From the human T2T-CHM13v2.0 reference genome, Homo sapiens: a stretch of DNA of 64,000 bases. Positions 40,389 through 56,859 of this stretch are shown here, piece by piece. The stretch is from assembly GCF_009914755.1 (NCBI RefSeq), contig NC_060926.1. One strand, 5' to 3'. Numbering within the stretch: position 1 is the first letter of the stretch; every line of letters begins with the position of its first letter. The position numbers were made by a program, and so were the translations under genes. Below the pieces are notes generated by a model, which ran no database searches, was not told the origin of the DNA, and saw only the letters and a list, made by a program, of their open reading frames with translations.

Positions 40389-42463
40389 TGTTTATATTAT
40401 TTAGAGAATAAAAAATATATATTTTATATTTAGATTATTGTAGTTATTACATATTTGACCATCACTCCTATGTAAATATTTCTTCCTTTCCAAACCCCTT
40501 GTTTCATCCCCTTCCTTTCCTTTTAAGCACTGGTCTCTGTGCACAGAATGCCAGGGATAGACTAACACAAACTGTCGTGAGAAACAGAAAGAAAAGCTGG
40601 CTGCTTCTCAGCACTTGTCAGTGGGACAACACAGGGCCATCCTTTGCCCTTTTTGGGAAGAAGGGAGGTCCTGAGAGTAGCCTTCTATGCAAATTGAGAA
40701 CTTTGAGAAGTGGGTTGGTGGAATGATGTCCCTGTCCCTCTGAAGCAGGGTCCAGTCTCAGTGCCACAGTGCCCACCATGGAAACATGGCCCCAGGCCCA
40801 TGACACTAGGACATGTCTCCTGCCTGGTTCCCTGGAGGGCGAGGCTGGGCCGTGACCGCCAGCTGTAGCATTCAAGTCTGGAAGCCTGGACCAACAATAG
40901 GTTTTGTGCCTGGTTTTGTGTGAATTTGCATCAACCTTGTTGCAGACTCCTTGACGCCTTCCCCTTCAAACACAGATGCCTGAGCCTTGGCCAGCTGATC
41001 AAATGCTTCTTTTGATCACTGACATCTTTGTGGCTGCAGTAGCCAGCCCATGGCCATCTCCAGAGTGGTCCAGTACTACCCGACCCCTGCCAGGGAGGGG
41101 CACCATCTAACTGGACTAATGGCGCTCAGTCAGGGTCATCGCTGTGCTCCGGGGAGACCCTGCATATCCCAGAGGATCCTAAATGTTTTCTGGAGTTGGA
41201 GAGAATTCCGAGAATCCTCCTCATAAATCCTTCTTTGGATATAAGCTAGCCAGATGTCGTTTCTGCCATTTGCCACTCCAACACCATCAGCCAGATATCC
41301 AGGTGTCCCAGATGGTGAACATTCAAGAGCCCCAGCCATGGGTCCAGGCAGCAGAGGCACGTCTATGGAGATAGGCTGGGCCTTGTCCCCTGCCAAGTCA
41401 GTGATGAGTGGGAGGACTCACTGGCCCTTGCACTGAGCAAGGCCACCTGACAGGCCAGCCTAATCACCCCCCTGTGGCCAATATAAGGATATTGATCTTT
41501 AGTGGCCAGAATCTCTCCTCCATCACTTTTTATGTATTTTGTTGTTGGTGGTGGTGGTGGGGTGTGTGTGTGTGTGTGTGTGATTTTCTGCCGAGTCCTT
41601 CATCTTGGATCCTCCACCACTTTTGCCAAGGAACACCTTCCAGCTCACAGGTAAGGGAAGAACTCTTTCCAGACAATAAGTCAGGAACCTCTGACTTGTG
41701 ATGAGGAGAGGAGGGCTTGCCACATAGTGTAGAATTTAAGTCACTCCAGAATTTTCAGGACGATGGCTTTGGATCCAGCTACACTCAAGAACTAGGACCA
41801 AGAAGCAGATCTGATTGGTATTCCCTAGGGAAAACCTAGCCGTCATTTGCATGCAAACAATGCCTGGCATGTACGAGGCAGCCCTTTCAGGCTTCTCTGC
41901 CCCGTTGTTGGGCCCTGTCAAACCTGTGCTTGTATAGAAAGCAATGGGATGCTAAATCAGATAGAGTGGGATTAGAATTTGCATGAGAGAAAGGGAAAGG
42001 GAGGGGCAGGAACGAGGGAGAGAGCTGAAATCTGTCCTCCCTAGGAGAGTGGCTTCCATTGACAGGCAGGGAGAATGAGGGAAGGTCATCAGAAACACCA
42101 GATGCAAGTCTGTCACTGATGGCTACCCAATATCCTTGAGGGCATCTGGACCGCCCCCATTTTGGTCCTTTCCTATATTTTGAGTACCATCTTCCCAAGG
42201 GACAAGCTATAAAAACCTGCATTCCCAAACTCCCTTGCTGCCATTGAGCAGGCATGTGACTGAGATACCAACCAATCAGACATGCACACAGACTGGCAAA
42301 GGAGACACTGGAGGAAGTAGCCAAATGGATTTAATGGCCCAGAGGTCATGTCCTGATGGGTGAATGACAGCACAGCATCTAGTTTTCTATTCTTCTCTGC
42401 TTGTCTATTTGAACTCAAATTAATTCAGAATTTGTACCCTCTGGGAAAAGAAAAACTCACTGA

Positions 42464-42818
<355 letters not shown>

Positions 42819-43241
42819 CAAAGATGTGTTTTATCAGAATACTTTCCTATGCTTTATGTTGACTTTACCATGTCCTTAAGTAAGAAGAGAAAGTCTTACC
42901 ACTTTTATAAAGAGCTAAGGTTCTTTACAATCATGTTACCTCCCATGTTTACTTTTAAAATATTTTCATTGTCACTTTAGCTAAATGGGGTAGCTAAGTA
43001 TTGTTTCTCAGTAATCTATGACCCTAACTTAAGTATTCAAACCTCCTGACAGCTTTTGATATTCTACCTTTCCCAAATCAAATCCTAAATGGTATCTTTC
43101 ACACCTACAACTGTCTTTGAGATTTCCCAGAGGGTCCCTGGAAAATCACTTAGGATTTGTTCTTTCACCTTGTAAAAGGAGAGGTACTAGAAGTAATTCA
43201 GCTTATCAGATATGTTATTAATAAATTGCATGGGAAGCTTT

Positions 43242-44311
<1,070 letters not shown>

Positions 44312-44629
44312 GGCTATTATTAATATAAAATTTTCAGAAATTGTATGCTTTATGGGAAATTTCTAGACAATCATCAATGTCTTTGCTGTCCATGATATGT
44401 TTATGATTCCTGGTGCTCCTTTGCCTAATATTAGACAAAAACAGTATAGTGCTATCAGTTATAATTTGTTAGTTTTTAAAATGTTAACTTGGTTGCAGCT
44501 TTAATTCTCTAATGTGAATCTACTATCTTCTGGGCCAGGGTTTTTAATTGAGGATTCACATCACTTAACTATGGAGTTTTATTAATATACAGGTGTCTAG
44601 GACCTAATCCAGATTTGCTGAATCTCTTT

Positions 44630-45575
44630 CCTCAAGTCAAATAAAAACAAACCCAGACTACGTAAGGAGACTTTATTGGAGCAGTTATTGCAAGGGGGTG
44701 TGGTAAGGAACTATTGCCGGGGGAGGTTGCTCTGACCATAAGATCTGCAAGTATCTGAGAGGGTGGGCAAAGTGCTTTTATTTTGTAGAGAGGAGTAAAT
44801 AAGGCTAGAAAGATCCAGGTATGGGAAAGTGGAATGGGAGGGTGGCATTACAGGATAGCAGACCCAAGAATGTCTTATCCCAAAGCCAGTCTATTTTCCT
44901 CCCACTCCGCCCCCGCTTTTTTTTTTTTTTTTTTTTTTGTGTGTGAGTCTCACTCTGTCAGCAAGGCTGGAGTGCAGTGGCATGAATATGGCTCACTGCA
45001 GCCTCAACCTCCTGGGCTCAAGTGATTCTCCTACCTCAGCCTCCTGACTAGTTGGGTCTACAGGCATGCACTACTACATCTGGCTAATTTTTAAATTTTT
45101 TGTAGAGATGGAGTCTCACTTTGTTGCCCAGGCTGGTCTTGAATTCCTGGGCTCAAGAAATCCTCCAGGCTCGGCTTCCCAAACTAAGGGGATCACAGGT
45201 GTGAGCCACTGCACCTAGCCCAGTCTGTTTCCAGAAGTAGCAGGACTGCCTGCTGGCTCAGGTTGAGGGTGGGCCAATACTTAGGAGCCTTGGGGGAAGC
45301 AGAGAATATGAACCAAAGATTTTGATTTTGTTCCCATTTTGTCCAGTGGGGACAAAAGAGTTCAGCTAATCATTTATGAGGCAAAGAATGGGAATTTGGA
45401 GAGTCTGTCTGACTTGGTCAAGGGTAAACAAGGAGCATTTGGGAGTCTTATCCAAGTCATATAGGGAAGGGTGGTCTTCACAGTGAGCTGTTTCCTGGAG
45501 GGCAGAGTGCGGGGATTTCTCAGCCTTTGCCGTTTTCCAGAAACACAGGGCTCTCACAAAACTTAACACTGTCAT
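44630..45575 (-). mobile_element. ERV1-type LTR (family uncertain) interrupted by an antisense Alu at ~44917-45220
   Basis: Reverse-strand AATAAA (TTTATT ~44671), TG start on - strand at ~45575, Alu body inside. Confidence 0.5.
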
Positions 45576-46311
45576 TTGTTATATACTTGGTATATTCATG
45601 ATATATTATGTCCATGTTTGTTATGTTTTATATCTTAAGATTTTTTTCCCTGAAAAGGTTCACTAATTTTTATAAATTAGATATAACATCTACTTTTCTT
45701 TGAAAATAGGGTCAATCATTATATTCATAGATATTTTGCCTAAAAATATTTTGACTGACTTCATCTTGTTTTGCATGCCCCAAAAACTGCAAATATTCTT
45801 GAGTTGCATTATCTTTGTAATGAACTCTCATCATGCCTTTCACTTTTGATAATTATAAGCAGTATGTTAACCATAGTCATTTTAAGTCTTCTGTTATCTA
45901 CCAATAGTGTTCTGTTTTACTCTGATGCTTCTCTGAAAGGACTTGAAATCACTTCAATAAAGAAGGACTGTCTCAGAGCTCCGTGGAAAAGGACTATGCC
46001 AGGTACCTTTGGGTATAGACTTCTGATGGCACTACTTAAGCAACTTTGAGACCACATAATTGAACTGAGTCAGGATTTCTAAAACTCTAGTTGAGAAACA
46101 GATGGATTCATGAGACTACTAACCTAAGATTGAGCAGAACAGGAATTAATGACATAGGACTGAATGAACTGATGGGGGATGGTTGTGGGTTTTGCTTGGA
46201 CTATTGTTGTTTTAATGTTCTATTTTCTGAATACATAAAGAGCTCCTTTATCTTAAGCTATCTATAACTCATAACAATTTAGTAGACTATGTTCTTTAAA
46301 ATGAACATTTG

Positions 46312-46695
46312 TGTATTGGTCCATTCTTACACTGCTATAAAGAACTATCTGAGACTGGGTAATTTATGAAGAAAAGAGGTTTAATTGACTCATAGTTTGG
46401 CAGACTGTACAGGACGCATGGCTAGGAGGCCTCAGGAAACTTACAATCATGGTGGAAGGCCAAGAGGAAGCAAGCATGTCTTACCATGGCGGCAGGAGAG
46501 AGAGAGAGTGATGGGGGAAGTGCCACACATTCTCAAACAAACACACCTTGTGAGAACTCACTCACTATCATGAGAACAGCAAGGGGGAAATCTGCCCTCA
46601 TGATCCAATCATATCCCATCAGGCCCCTCTGCTGACATGTGGGAATTACAATTTGACATGAAATTTAGGTGGGGACACAGAGCCAAACCATATCA
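46312..46695 (-). mobile_element. MSTA/THE1-type MaLR solo LTR
   Basis: Reverse of TGATATGGTTTGGCTCTGTGTCCCCACC; 5-bp TSD ATTTG. Confidence 0.9.
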
Positions 46696-47136
46696 ATTTG
46701 CAAATGGTGTATTTTTCTTACTGCCTGATCCTTCCAGAATTTGGAGTATTCTTAATTTCATTGCAATATAATTATTTGCACAGGTTCAATAAGAATCTGT
46801 CCTCCTTGTTTACGGGACAGAATTAGAAACATTGGTTATGCAACAAAGGCCTTTAAATCTTTTGTCATCTACAGATAGTTTTTTTCTTTTACTCTGGTGC
46901 CTCCCCGAATGTCATGTTTGAGAATGATGCTCATTTAATCAGCTATGACCAGATACTTTAAAGAACTAAGGTTGACTTTTTGGAGCCAATGTTTACAAAA
47001 TGCTCTTGGGAAAACTGGCACTGGAGTACATGGTTTCAGCCTTACAGGTGAGTAAGAAAGGTCACTTCCTGACAGTACCAGGAAGCTTAGGATATTCTGG
47101 AGACTCAAGAAAAGAGGAATTTGTCCAAATTTATAG

Positions 47137-47676
<540 letters not shown>

Positions 47677-48703
47677 AAGAATAACAGTTCTTTGAGATTA
47701 TTTTTTATCAAGATGGAAGTGACTGTAGAGAGGAATTTTGTGTTTCAATGGAAATCTATGCACACCCATCTGGGTTATCAGATTCTGGCTCTGGTCATTG
47801 CTGTTCATTTTTTTATAAATCACAGGTAACTGATGGATATGCAAACTGTTTTGTATGGTAAAGATTTAACTGACTTCCTTTCACCCTATGGAAAAAACAA
47901 TTTTAGTACTTACCTGCAAATTGGACTGGATGCTGTCACCTTGCCTAAATTGTGGATTCTTATCAAATTTTCAATTCTTCCAGATGTCATCATTATCTGG
48001 CTATGGTTATCCAAACTAACATTTTTAATTTTCCTACCTCCTGCCTGACTCAGCATCACCAGGAACTGAATGAAGGCTCACCATCTAGATTCTACGTCAG
48101 GATTCCAGGTACCCTTGCACTGGCTCTTTGTCCAGGATCTGCAGAACCCCCTATAACCTACAGCCCAAAGACTTGATATAAACCTCAAAGGACTCATCAC
48201 CATGGCAGACCATGCAGGGGCTGAATTCTCCCTGCACAGGCCACTGTCTGGACTACTAAGGAAGACCAGTAAAATGCTTGTATATGCATGTCTCTATATG
48301 AGCAAGAACCAAGACTGACCAACACCAAGAGCATCACCATCCTAGCTTGAGCTTCAAGAAACTCAAGAAGCACTGCTGCAAAACCAAAAGGTTTTCTTCC
48401 ATTGACCACTTGGAATCCAGTAAACAGGTTACCCTCAGGCTCTGTACTTCAATTCAACCATTGATATGAATATTTCTCTTTTACATTTCAGTCATGCTTC
48501 TTTAAAGATGCCAGATTTCTAGCACTCTAAAACAACTGATCTTTGCCACCACCTTTCATCAGATGGCTCAACTGACTCTGCAAAACCACCACCAACAAGA
48601 GCCCTTGGGAGGCCATTTCTTATACCTGCTTTGCCCCTCTAAAGCTTTGCGATCACCTCTTAGTTGTTCAGTAATGAATGATATTCACGAAAAAAGAAGG
48701 GAC

Positions 48704-49020
48704 TGACAACAGTAAACTCTGCCTGAGCCTCATATGCCTAAAAACAGCAACAGTTAAGAAATTTCCCTATCTTTTTGTGGCTCAGGAAATGGCTAACTGC
48801 AAAGTTCTGCCCTGCTCTGGCATATGCCAAGATAAGACCCATCTCCATCCTTCTGCATGACTTCCATAAGATTTACAGAAGATACAGATGGCTCCCTTGT
48901 CTAAGTGCCCCCATAAAACCCTAGGTCTCCCCGCTCTTCTTTGAGACTGTCTTCATTGCTCAATATTCTTCCTATTAATTAAGCATTCCTCCTTAATTAT
49001 CCACTGCATTTTGTCTTTCA
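48704..49020 (+). mobile_element. 3' LTR of the ERV1 remnant (MER4-group, family uncertain)
   Basis: Preceded by a PPT; TG start and ...TTTGTCTTTCA end. Confidence 0.5.
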
Positions 49021-50663
49021 TGCCAGCTTTCTACATCTTAGGTAGAAGAGGAACCCTAGTTTTGTTTTTAATATGGAGAAGATGTAAACATTTTTCTAGG
49101 CCAAGGTGAGAAACATCAGTAAAGAGGGGAAAAGAGGAAAAGTATAGGTGAGAGGAGAGAACGGAATTACTTATACACTCAACAAATGTTGAGTGTCATA
49201 CCAGCTACTAAGATCAATACAAATGTAAATAATATATAATTTCTTCCCTTAAAGAGCCTACAGCCAAGGAAGGCAATGTGGCATGAACATAAACAACTAT
49301 AATACAAAGCCATATGTGCTGAGTGTTAGGTTAACAATATCATTATCTTCCAAAATGAAAAAGAAGCTCTGTGGAATTACAGTTTGGGTGAGGGGGACAA
49401 CAAAGAGAACTGGAAAGGGAAGCAGACAGAAGCTGACACAGAAGAAATTTCAGACGATGAGAACTTGGTAACAAAAGTATGCAAGCAGAAGGCCATGGGA
49501 GGCATTAAGGACAAAGTTAGTGGTGCAGTTTAGTAGGAATATAAGGTAAGCATAGGGGTTCAAGACCCAGTCATGGAAGGACAAGGGCTAGACCTGATAA
49601 CATAAGCACTGGTGGAAAAGTAAAGGCTAATAAAGATTTGGGGGTAAATTACATAGTAGGAGCCACATAATAAGACTACTAAGCTAACTGCAGGGTGGAG
49701 GATGGACTGATTATAGGGGAGAGTGGCAGTTATAAGGATGACGGAATGAGGTCCTGAATAAGGGGGAATGAGTGTATGCATGAGATTAGAATACTCTGCA
49801 GACAGAACCTGGGCTCAGTGATTGAACGGAGGTCTGTGGGCCTGAATCACTCACTGATGTAATGGTTTTATCTTTAGAAACAGTGAGCCCAGCGAGGGAG
49901 TGGGCTGAGAAAAGGGAGGCAAGGACCACCTGGTCAGGGCAAGCAGCAGTGTCTAGGAGGAAGACAGAAACGCATGTTTGGAGGCAGATGCATGGTCAGG
50001 ACAGGAGGCAGAGTCTGAGGAGTCGGCCTCCCTTGACTATAAGGCTCTGTGAGGCGAGAAATCACGTATTATTTACCTTTGATTTTGCCTTAGTAGCTGC
50101 ATGGTATTCAACCATTTGTTGAGTGTGAAGTCCTGGAAATGTATGAGGTGGCCACAGAAGAGCAGAGCCTGAGAAGAGGAGCAGCAACAGCAGAAGAAGG
50201 TGCCAAAGCCAAACATGGCAGGGAGAGGTGGAGGCATGAGTGCAAGAGAGACAGAAGAAATCCAGGCATGCACCAGTCATGGATATGAAGGAAGAGGAGA
50301 ACGCTGACATGCAGGAAGCTCTCAGTGCTTCTTATAGCTGTGTGTGGACCCCCAGGGCTCTGAGTACACCACTGTGGGCAGATCCAGGAAACCTCTTCCA
50401 TCCCAGCCTCTTCAAGGCCAGCCATGCTGCCCAAAATTTCTAAATCTGGAATTCCTACTGTGCCTATTAGCTGTTGGTCAACAACAGCAGAGTTGGTCTC
50501 AAAAAAAATAATTTTTTGATAGAGATATGAGGAGAAAAAGCATGTGCCAGTTATTATTATATCACATATATAACACATAGCATATATAACACACAGCATA
50601 TATATTATATATATTTCACACAGCATATATATTATATATATATGATATGCAGCATATATATTA

Positions 50664-51053
50664 CAATTGGCCCTCCATATCTGTGGGTTCTGCAGCATAT
50701 ATATTACAGTTGGCCCTCCATATCTGTGGCCCTCCATATCTGTGGGTTGAATCCTTGGATTCAACCAATCGTGGGTCAAAAATATTCAGGGAAAAACTGT
50801 CTGTACTAAATATGTACAGACTATTTTTTTGTCATTATTCCCTAAACAATATAGTATAACAACTATTTATATAGCATTTACATTATGTAAGGTATTGTAA
50901 GTAATCTAGAGATGATTCAAATGATACGGGAGGATATACATGGGTTATATGCAGATACTACGCCATTTTGTACTAGAGACTTGAGCATCTATGGATTTTG
51001 ATATCCACAAGAGGTCCTGGAATCAGTCCCCCTTGGATACTGAGGGATGGCTG
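50664..51053. mobile_element. MER2 (TcMar-Tigger) with duplicated left end
   Basis: CAGTTGGCCCTCCATATCTGTGGG...GGATTCAACCAA...GGATACTGAGGGATGGCTG-TA. Confidence 0.85.
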
Positions 51054-51299
51054 TATATGGGAATAACATATAATGCATATATGTATCTCAGCTGCAAACC
51101 TACATTTTCTATTCTGGTTTGTGATATGGAACTCTACAAACCTCATTTCTGCTTTGTGATATGCTTCCCTGTGGGTCTTTGCTAATAGAGGCCACCAGAG
51201 GGAGGCTGCAAAGATGGAGGAGTGAGAAGGGACTTGCATCTTCTACTCCACTTCTCATAGGCTTCTCCTCCCTGTTCCTGTGTTACCGATGAGCAGGCG

Positions 51300-53640
51300 A
51301 TAAATGGACTGAGTCCAAATTTGAACTACAGTGGACCCAGGACATCTGTAGATCCATGCCTGTGGTTGAATTCCCAGTTCCTGAATGTATAATCGGCATA
51401 GATATACTGGCAACTGGCTGAATCCCTCTACGCTGGCTTACAGTAGGAAAGGGCCAAGTGAAGCTCCTGAATAGTAATACTGCATCCAGGGGGAACTGCA
51501 GAAACCAGTGCTAATATCAAAGACTTGAAAGTTGGAGGGATGGAAGTACCTATCACATCTCCTTCTAACACACCTTTTGGACTGTGAAGAACATACTTAG
51601 ATCTTGGGTAATGGCTGTGGATTATCATAAAATTAATCAAGTGGTAGGTCTGACTGCAACTCCTGTTCTGATGTAGTATATTTACTGGAACAAATCAACA
51701 AAGCCCCTGACACCTGCCATGCACCTATTGGCCTGGAAAATGTTTTTTCCTCCATTCCCCTTGGTAAGAACCATGAGCTTTTACCTGACAAGACCTTCAT
51801 AGTATTGTGAATTCTCCTCCTAACATAACACAGTGTGTGGAGATCTTGACATTATACCCATCTGCTAAACTGACATTTATACTGATTGGATGTGATGAGC
51901 AGAAAATGCAAAATAGTTTAGATATCTTGGAGGCATGCACGTAAACAGAGGGTGGGAGATAAACCCCATGAAAATTCAAAGGCTTATGATCTCAAAGCTT
52001 CCAGAGATCTAGTGTGACGAGCTTGTTAAGATTGCCTCTCCAAGGCAAAAGACAAGTTGCTGTACTTTGCATCACCTACAACTAAAAAATAAAGAAAATC
52101 CTTGGTGGATCCTTCTTGGCATTTGGAGGCAATGCATACCAAACTTGAGTGTGTTATTTCAACCCATTTACTGAGTAATCAATTTTGAGCAGAGACTAAA
52201 GCAATCTCTTGCTCTGCATCAAGCCCAGGCTGAAGAACAAGCCTTATGACCCCACAGATCCAATGCTAGTAAAAGTGCCTGTGACAAACAGGCTGGTCTG
52301 TGGAGCCTGTGACAAGCATTAATAGGACAATCACAGTACAGAACTCTGGAGTGTGGAGGCAAATCCATGCCCTCTTCTCCAAGTAACTAATATCTGTTTG
52401 AAAAAGATTCTGCTTTTCTACTGGCCCTTAGTAAAGAATAAACACTGAACCATGAGATATCAAGTAACCTTGTGACCTGAGCTTTCCATCATGAATTTAT
52501 AGTTATTGACACACCTAGCCACAGATTAGACCTGTGCAGCAAAAATAGAAAAGGCTGGACTCAAGCAGGTCCAGAGGACAGAAGTAAGTCAGACTCCTTC
52601 GACACTGACTCTGGCTGCATTGCCTCCTCCCCCTCAATCCTCATCTATGCCTGCTGGGAGTTCCTTATGACTAGGTAGCTGAGAAGGAAATAATCTGGGC
52701 TTGATTTGCAGGCAGTTCTCTATATGTTGGAACCAACAGAAAGTGGATGGCAATATTACAATCTCACTTGGGTGTCTCTGAAGGACAGTGATAAACAGAA
52801 GACTTCCTATTCAGCAGAACTTGGAGCTGTTTGGTTATCCACTTTGTTTGAACTGAGAGATGACCAGAAGTACAGATCTGCTGACTAAAGGAAGATTTCT
52901 AATTAATGACTGGATGGTTATGGAGGGACAAGGGTTGGAACATTGGTGATGAGATCTGGGGAAATTATATAGATAAACTTCTCAAACTGGGCACAAAGGG
53001 GAACAGATATTTGGGTCCCAAATATCTGATGTGGATACTCACTGGAAGGCATGCATTACAGAGGCTTGCAACAATGGGCTTGTGGTTCATGAAACTCATT
53101 GGTCTTACCAGAGATCCCATCGTGAAGAGGTCAGTCTGAACAGTGGGATGGCCTACTAGATAATTACCTAGGGCACCAGATGGGAGTCAACACCCTGAAA
53201 GAATAGGGTTTTATCTTATAGGATGCAATATATCCTTCAAATCAAAGACCTATTCATAGTGCTGTCTCTTCATGGGCCCAGGAAGCAAGAACAGAAAAGA
53301 AAGCAGGTCTTCCCACTAGCACACATAATGACCAGTCACTTCTCATCTCCACAATTTTGAGCTCTGCTTGCTTGGAAGGTCTTGGTTCCCAAGGGAGGAC
53401 TATTTCCACCAGGGACCCAACAATGGCTCCATCAAACTGGAAGCTGAGACTGCCTCCATTTAGACATTTTTGGGTGCCTCATGACATTAAATCAAAAAAG
53501 AGCAGTGACTTTGCGGGCTGAAGTGACTGACCCCAATTATCAAGGGAAAATTGGGGTTATTACCACACGATCGTGGCAGAGGACTAGGTCTGGAACCCAG
53601 GGGATTTTCTGGGGCTCCAATGAACACTTCTAGCAAAAGT
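51300..53640 (+). mobile_element. Decayed ERV-L (class III) pro-pol remnant
   Basis: Fragmentary translations PVPECIIGIDIL, IKDLK, SW-MAVDYHKINQVV (protease/RT) and HWSY...EQWDGLL (integrase), with many stops and frameshifts. Confidence 0.8.
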
Positions 53641-54479
53641 TAGTGCTGGCTTCTCCCCCTGCCACATGCACGAATATTTTCCCTTTTGGCTGTGCATTAT
53701 TTAGTGGCTTTAGGACTAAACTGCTTAGGAAGAGAGGGAAAAAGACAAACCTACAGATTTGAAATTATTGTCCCTTGTTCCAGTTTTCCCTCTCCTTTGC
53801 ATCTTTTGCTGCTCACCCTTCCCTGTTCTAACTCTCCACTTTTTTTCCATAGGGACCATCTGGTCTAGAATGACTGCTGACCTAATCTGGAATCAATCTC
53901 ATTTGGTGCTGGGCATGATCCACATAAGAAGAGTCCCATTCCCCACTGCCTTGGTCTGCTTCTCCACTCTCGGAGAGGGCTCACCATGAGAAGCCCTGGC
54001 TTAGATCCTCCAGGACAGGTGCTCTCTAGGGAAGTCTGAACACATGGACCAAGAACCAAGTGGTCAAGCCTGGTTTCCACCTTCCTCAGTAATCACTTTA
54101 AGCCTGACAAGTTATGGGAAAATGGGATGCCCAGCATTGCCAGAGCCTACGACACCCATGTAGGAGCCATCTACCCATCCAATTAGCCAGACTGTCAATT
54201 CAACATGACATACAATTCTTCCTCAAAACCAGATTTGGTACAGATACTCCCTCTTCCTTGCCTGTTACCACCCATATTTGGCACCTCCCACGTGGTCTCT
54301 GGGCACTGTGAGCAAGCACAGTGTGTGCTTTTACAGGCCATTTAGATAAGAGGTTTGCAACCAATCAACCCTTTACCTATCATGGATAGGCCATGAGCTA
54401 CTATTCAGTTTCTGAGCACAGCAGGCTTACCCACCACAACCCTGAGAGCCAAGTCATTGCGATTAGAGATTGCTTGAGA

Positions 54480-54620
54480 GTGGGCTTTGCAGTGGACTGC
54501 CAGAATTCGGCTATGGTTCTGCCACTTACCAGCTGTGTGATTTGGGCAAGTTACTTAACCTCTCTGTGCCTCAGTTTTTCCCTGAACTATAGAATACCAG
54601 TAATGATGGCCTAGGATAAA
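54480..54620 (+). mobile_element. MIR
   Basis: GCTGTGTGATTTGGGCAAGTTACTTAACCTCTCTGTGCCTCAGTTT core. Confidence 0.85.
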
Positions 54621-54761
54621 GCTTGAATGTAAGCATTGTTATTGTTCTCCCTACTTGGGGGAGGAGGGGGTGGGTGGAATCAATGCCAAGATGCAAGCAG
54701 GACTCAGAATTAACAAATGACACAGAGACAGAGCTGAGAATGGGGGCCAGGGTCCTAATTC

Positions 54762-55371
54762 TTTTTTTATTTCTTTTTTTTTTTTGAGACAGGGTCTTGC
54801 TCCGTCTCCCAGGATATGGAGTGCAGTAGCTCAATCATGGCTTACCGAAGCTTTGAACTCTCGGGCTCAAGAAACCTTCCCACCTCAGTCTCTTGAGTAA
54901 CTGGGACTACAGGTGCATGCCACCATGTCTGGCTAATTAAAAAAAATTTTTTTTTTGGAGACAGGGGTCTCACTATGTTACCCAGGCTGGTCTTGAACTC
55001 CCGGTCTCAAGTGATCCTCCCTTCTCCTGAGTAGCTGAGTTTACAGGCGTGTACCCGCCTGGCTAATGAGTCCTAATACTTTTTTTTTTGAGACAGTGTC
55101 TCGCTCTGTCACCCAGGTTGGAGTGCAGTGGCGTGATCTCGGCTCACTGCAAGCTCCACCACCTGGGTTCAAGCTATTCTCCTGCCTCAGCCTCCTGAGT
55201 AACTGGGACTACAGGGACCCGCCACCACGCCCGGCTAATTTTTTTCTATTTTTAGTACCGACGAGGTTTCACCGTGTTAGCCAGGATGGTCTCGATCTCA
55301 TGACCTCATGATCTGCCTGCCTCGGCCTCCCAAAGTGCTGGGATTACAGGTGTGAGCCACCGTGCCCGGCC
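54762..55371 (-). mobile_element. Two antisense Alus (AluJ-like 54762-55063; AluY-like 55080-55371)
   Basis: Second Alu has TSD TAATGAGTCCTAAT and CCGTGTTAGCCAGGATGG. Confidence 0.92.
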
Positions 55372-56859
55372 TAATGAGTCCTAATTCTTAATCCTTGGCC
55401 TTTCTCTTCAAGTTGCAAGTTGGGGCAGGAAACAAAGGTCAATGCAGGGCAGAGAATTTCTCCTCACGTGCCCCTCCCTTTTTATCAGGAGGAAACCCTT
55501 CCCAGTAGCCTCTGGCACAGTCCCCTTAAAATTCACTAGCCAGGACTGGGCTACATGCCCATCCCTCCCTGAGAAAGGGATCTCCCCCAAGTCTTCCACA
55601 ACACTGTAATTCTAGTGGTATGAAGAATGGGAGAATAAGTCATCAGTTTTGTAGGCCATTCTTAACCTGCCCCTTGGCCACCCTGCCATCAGGATGCTTC
55701 CCTAGCCACCTTCTCTTCAAAAGCACCAGTAAATATAAAAAAAATCCACTCTCTCCTACAGAGATATTAACCATCCTTTGCTTGAGCTACTAATACCTTA
55801 CAGTCAGAGCCATCTCATCTATTCCAGTTTCTCAAGGAACCTTCCCCAAACCAAAAGCTCTCTTCCCCAAGAGGAATTCTGGTGCCAACTCATTACAAAA
55901 ACTAATAAAAAACTACATGCATGGTGTGATTCCAACTACTGAAAAATATGTATGGAAAAGGACTAGAAACAAACACACTAAAATGTAAACAGACAATGCT
56001 TCTGGTTGATGAGATTATAGATATTCTTTTTTTTCTTCTTTATGCTTTTCTATACTGGCCAACATTTCTACTCTCAATATGTATGCCTTTTCCAGCTGAA
56101 AAATACATCTATCAGGTCAGATATTCTGGTTGCCCCTCCAGATCCATCCTTCTCCCTCACATCCCTGCTTTGCGCCCTAGGAAACTACCCCAGGAGGCTG
56201 ACCTATAAGAACTGCATTATCCTCTGGCTTCCAGCAGGTGATGAGAGGCAAGAGAAGACATGGAAGTATTTATTTCCAACCTCCCACTCACCCAGCTCTC
56301 TCTGCAGCCTCTCCATGGCTACAGCTCTCCCAGAACCTAGTAACACTGCTCCTTCAGGCCTATGGGTGCAAGGCCTGTGGGAGCCCAGGGGGCTCTGAGA
56401 GGACAGGTGTGCTTATGTAGGCTGCAGGGATGGCGCCTGGTGGCGAAGGCTGCTCCTACCCACTCCTCCCTGCTTCATGAGCTCACTGAGGCCTTGCTGA
56501 AGCGTTGAGTGTGTGTCCTGGGAGCTTCAAAGCCCCGTTGTTTTCCTTCACTCTGTCTAAATTGTCCCTTCACCAATTCTAATATACCCTTTGAGTCTGC
56601 CATCTTTTCTTGCCAAGATGTGAACTAATGCATCTGTTAATAAAACTCTGAAAGACACACCTGTCCACTCAGAGTGGCAGAGACTTGAAAGTGTGTCAAT
56701 TCACTTAGATGTGCACACTGATATGCATATGTAGCTCTTGGCACCTAAATAGGAACAGAACCTATCCTACAGCCTGCTGATGGCTTCCAGAGTAACTTCC
56801 TCCTTAGCTGAAGTGCCACTAGAGGAGGAATTCCAATTCTCGTTTTACTGGAACATAGG

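Noticed and set aside
51300-53640. Domesticated retroviral pol gene
   Set aside because: Numerous stops and frameshifts; no ORF of 80 aa or more in the track
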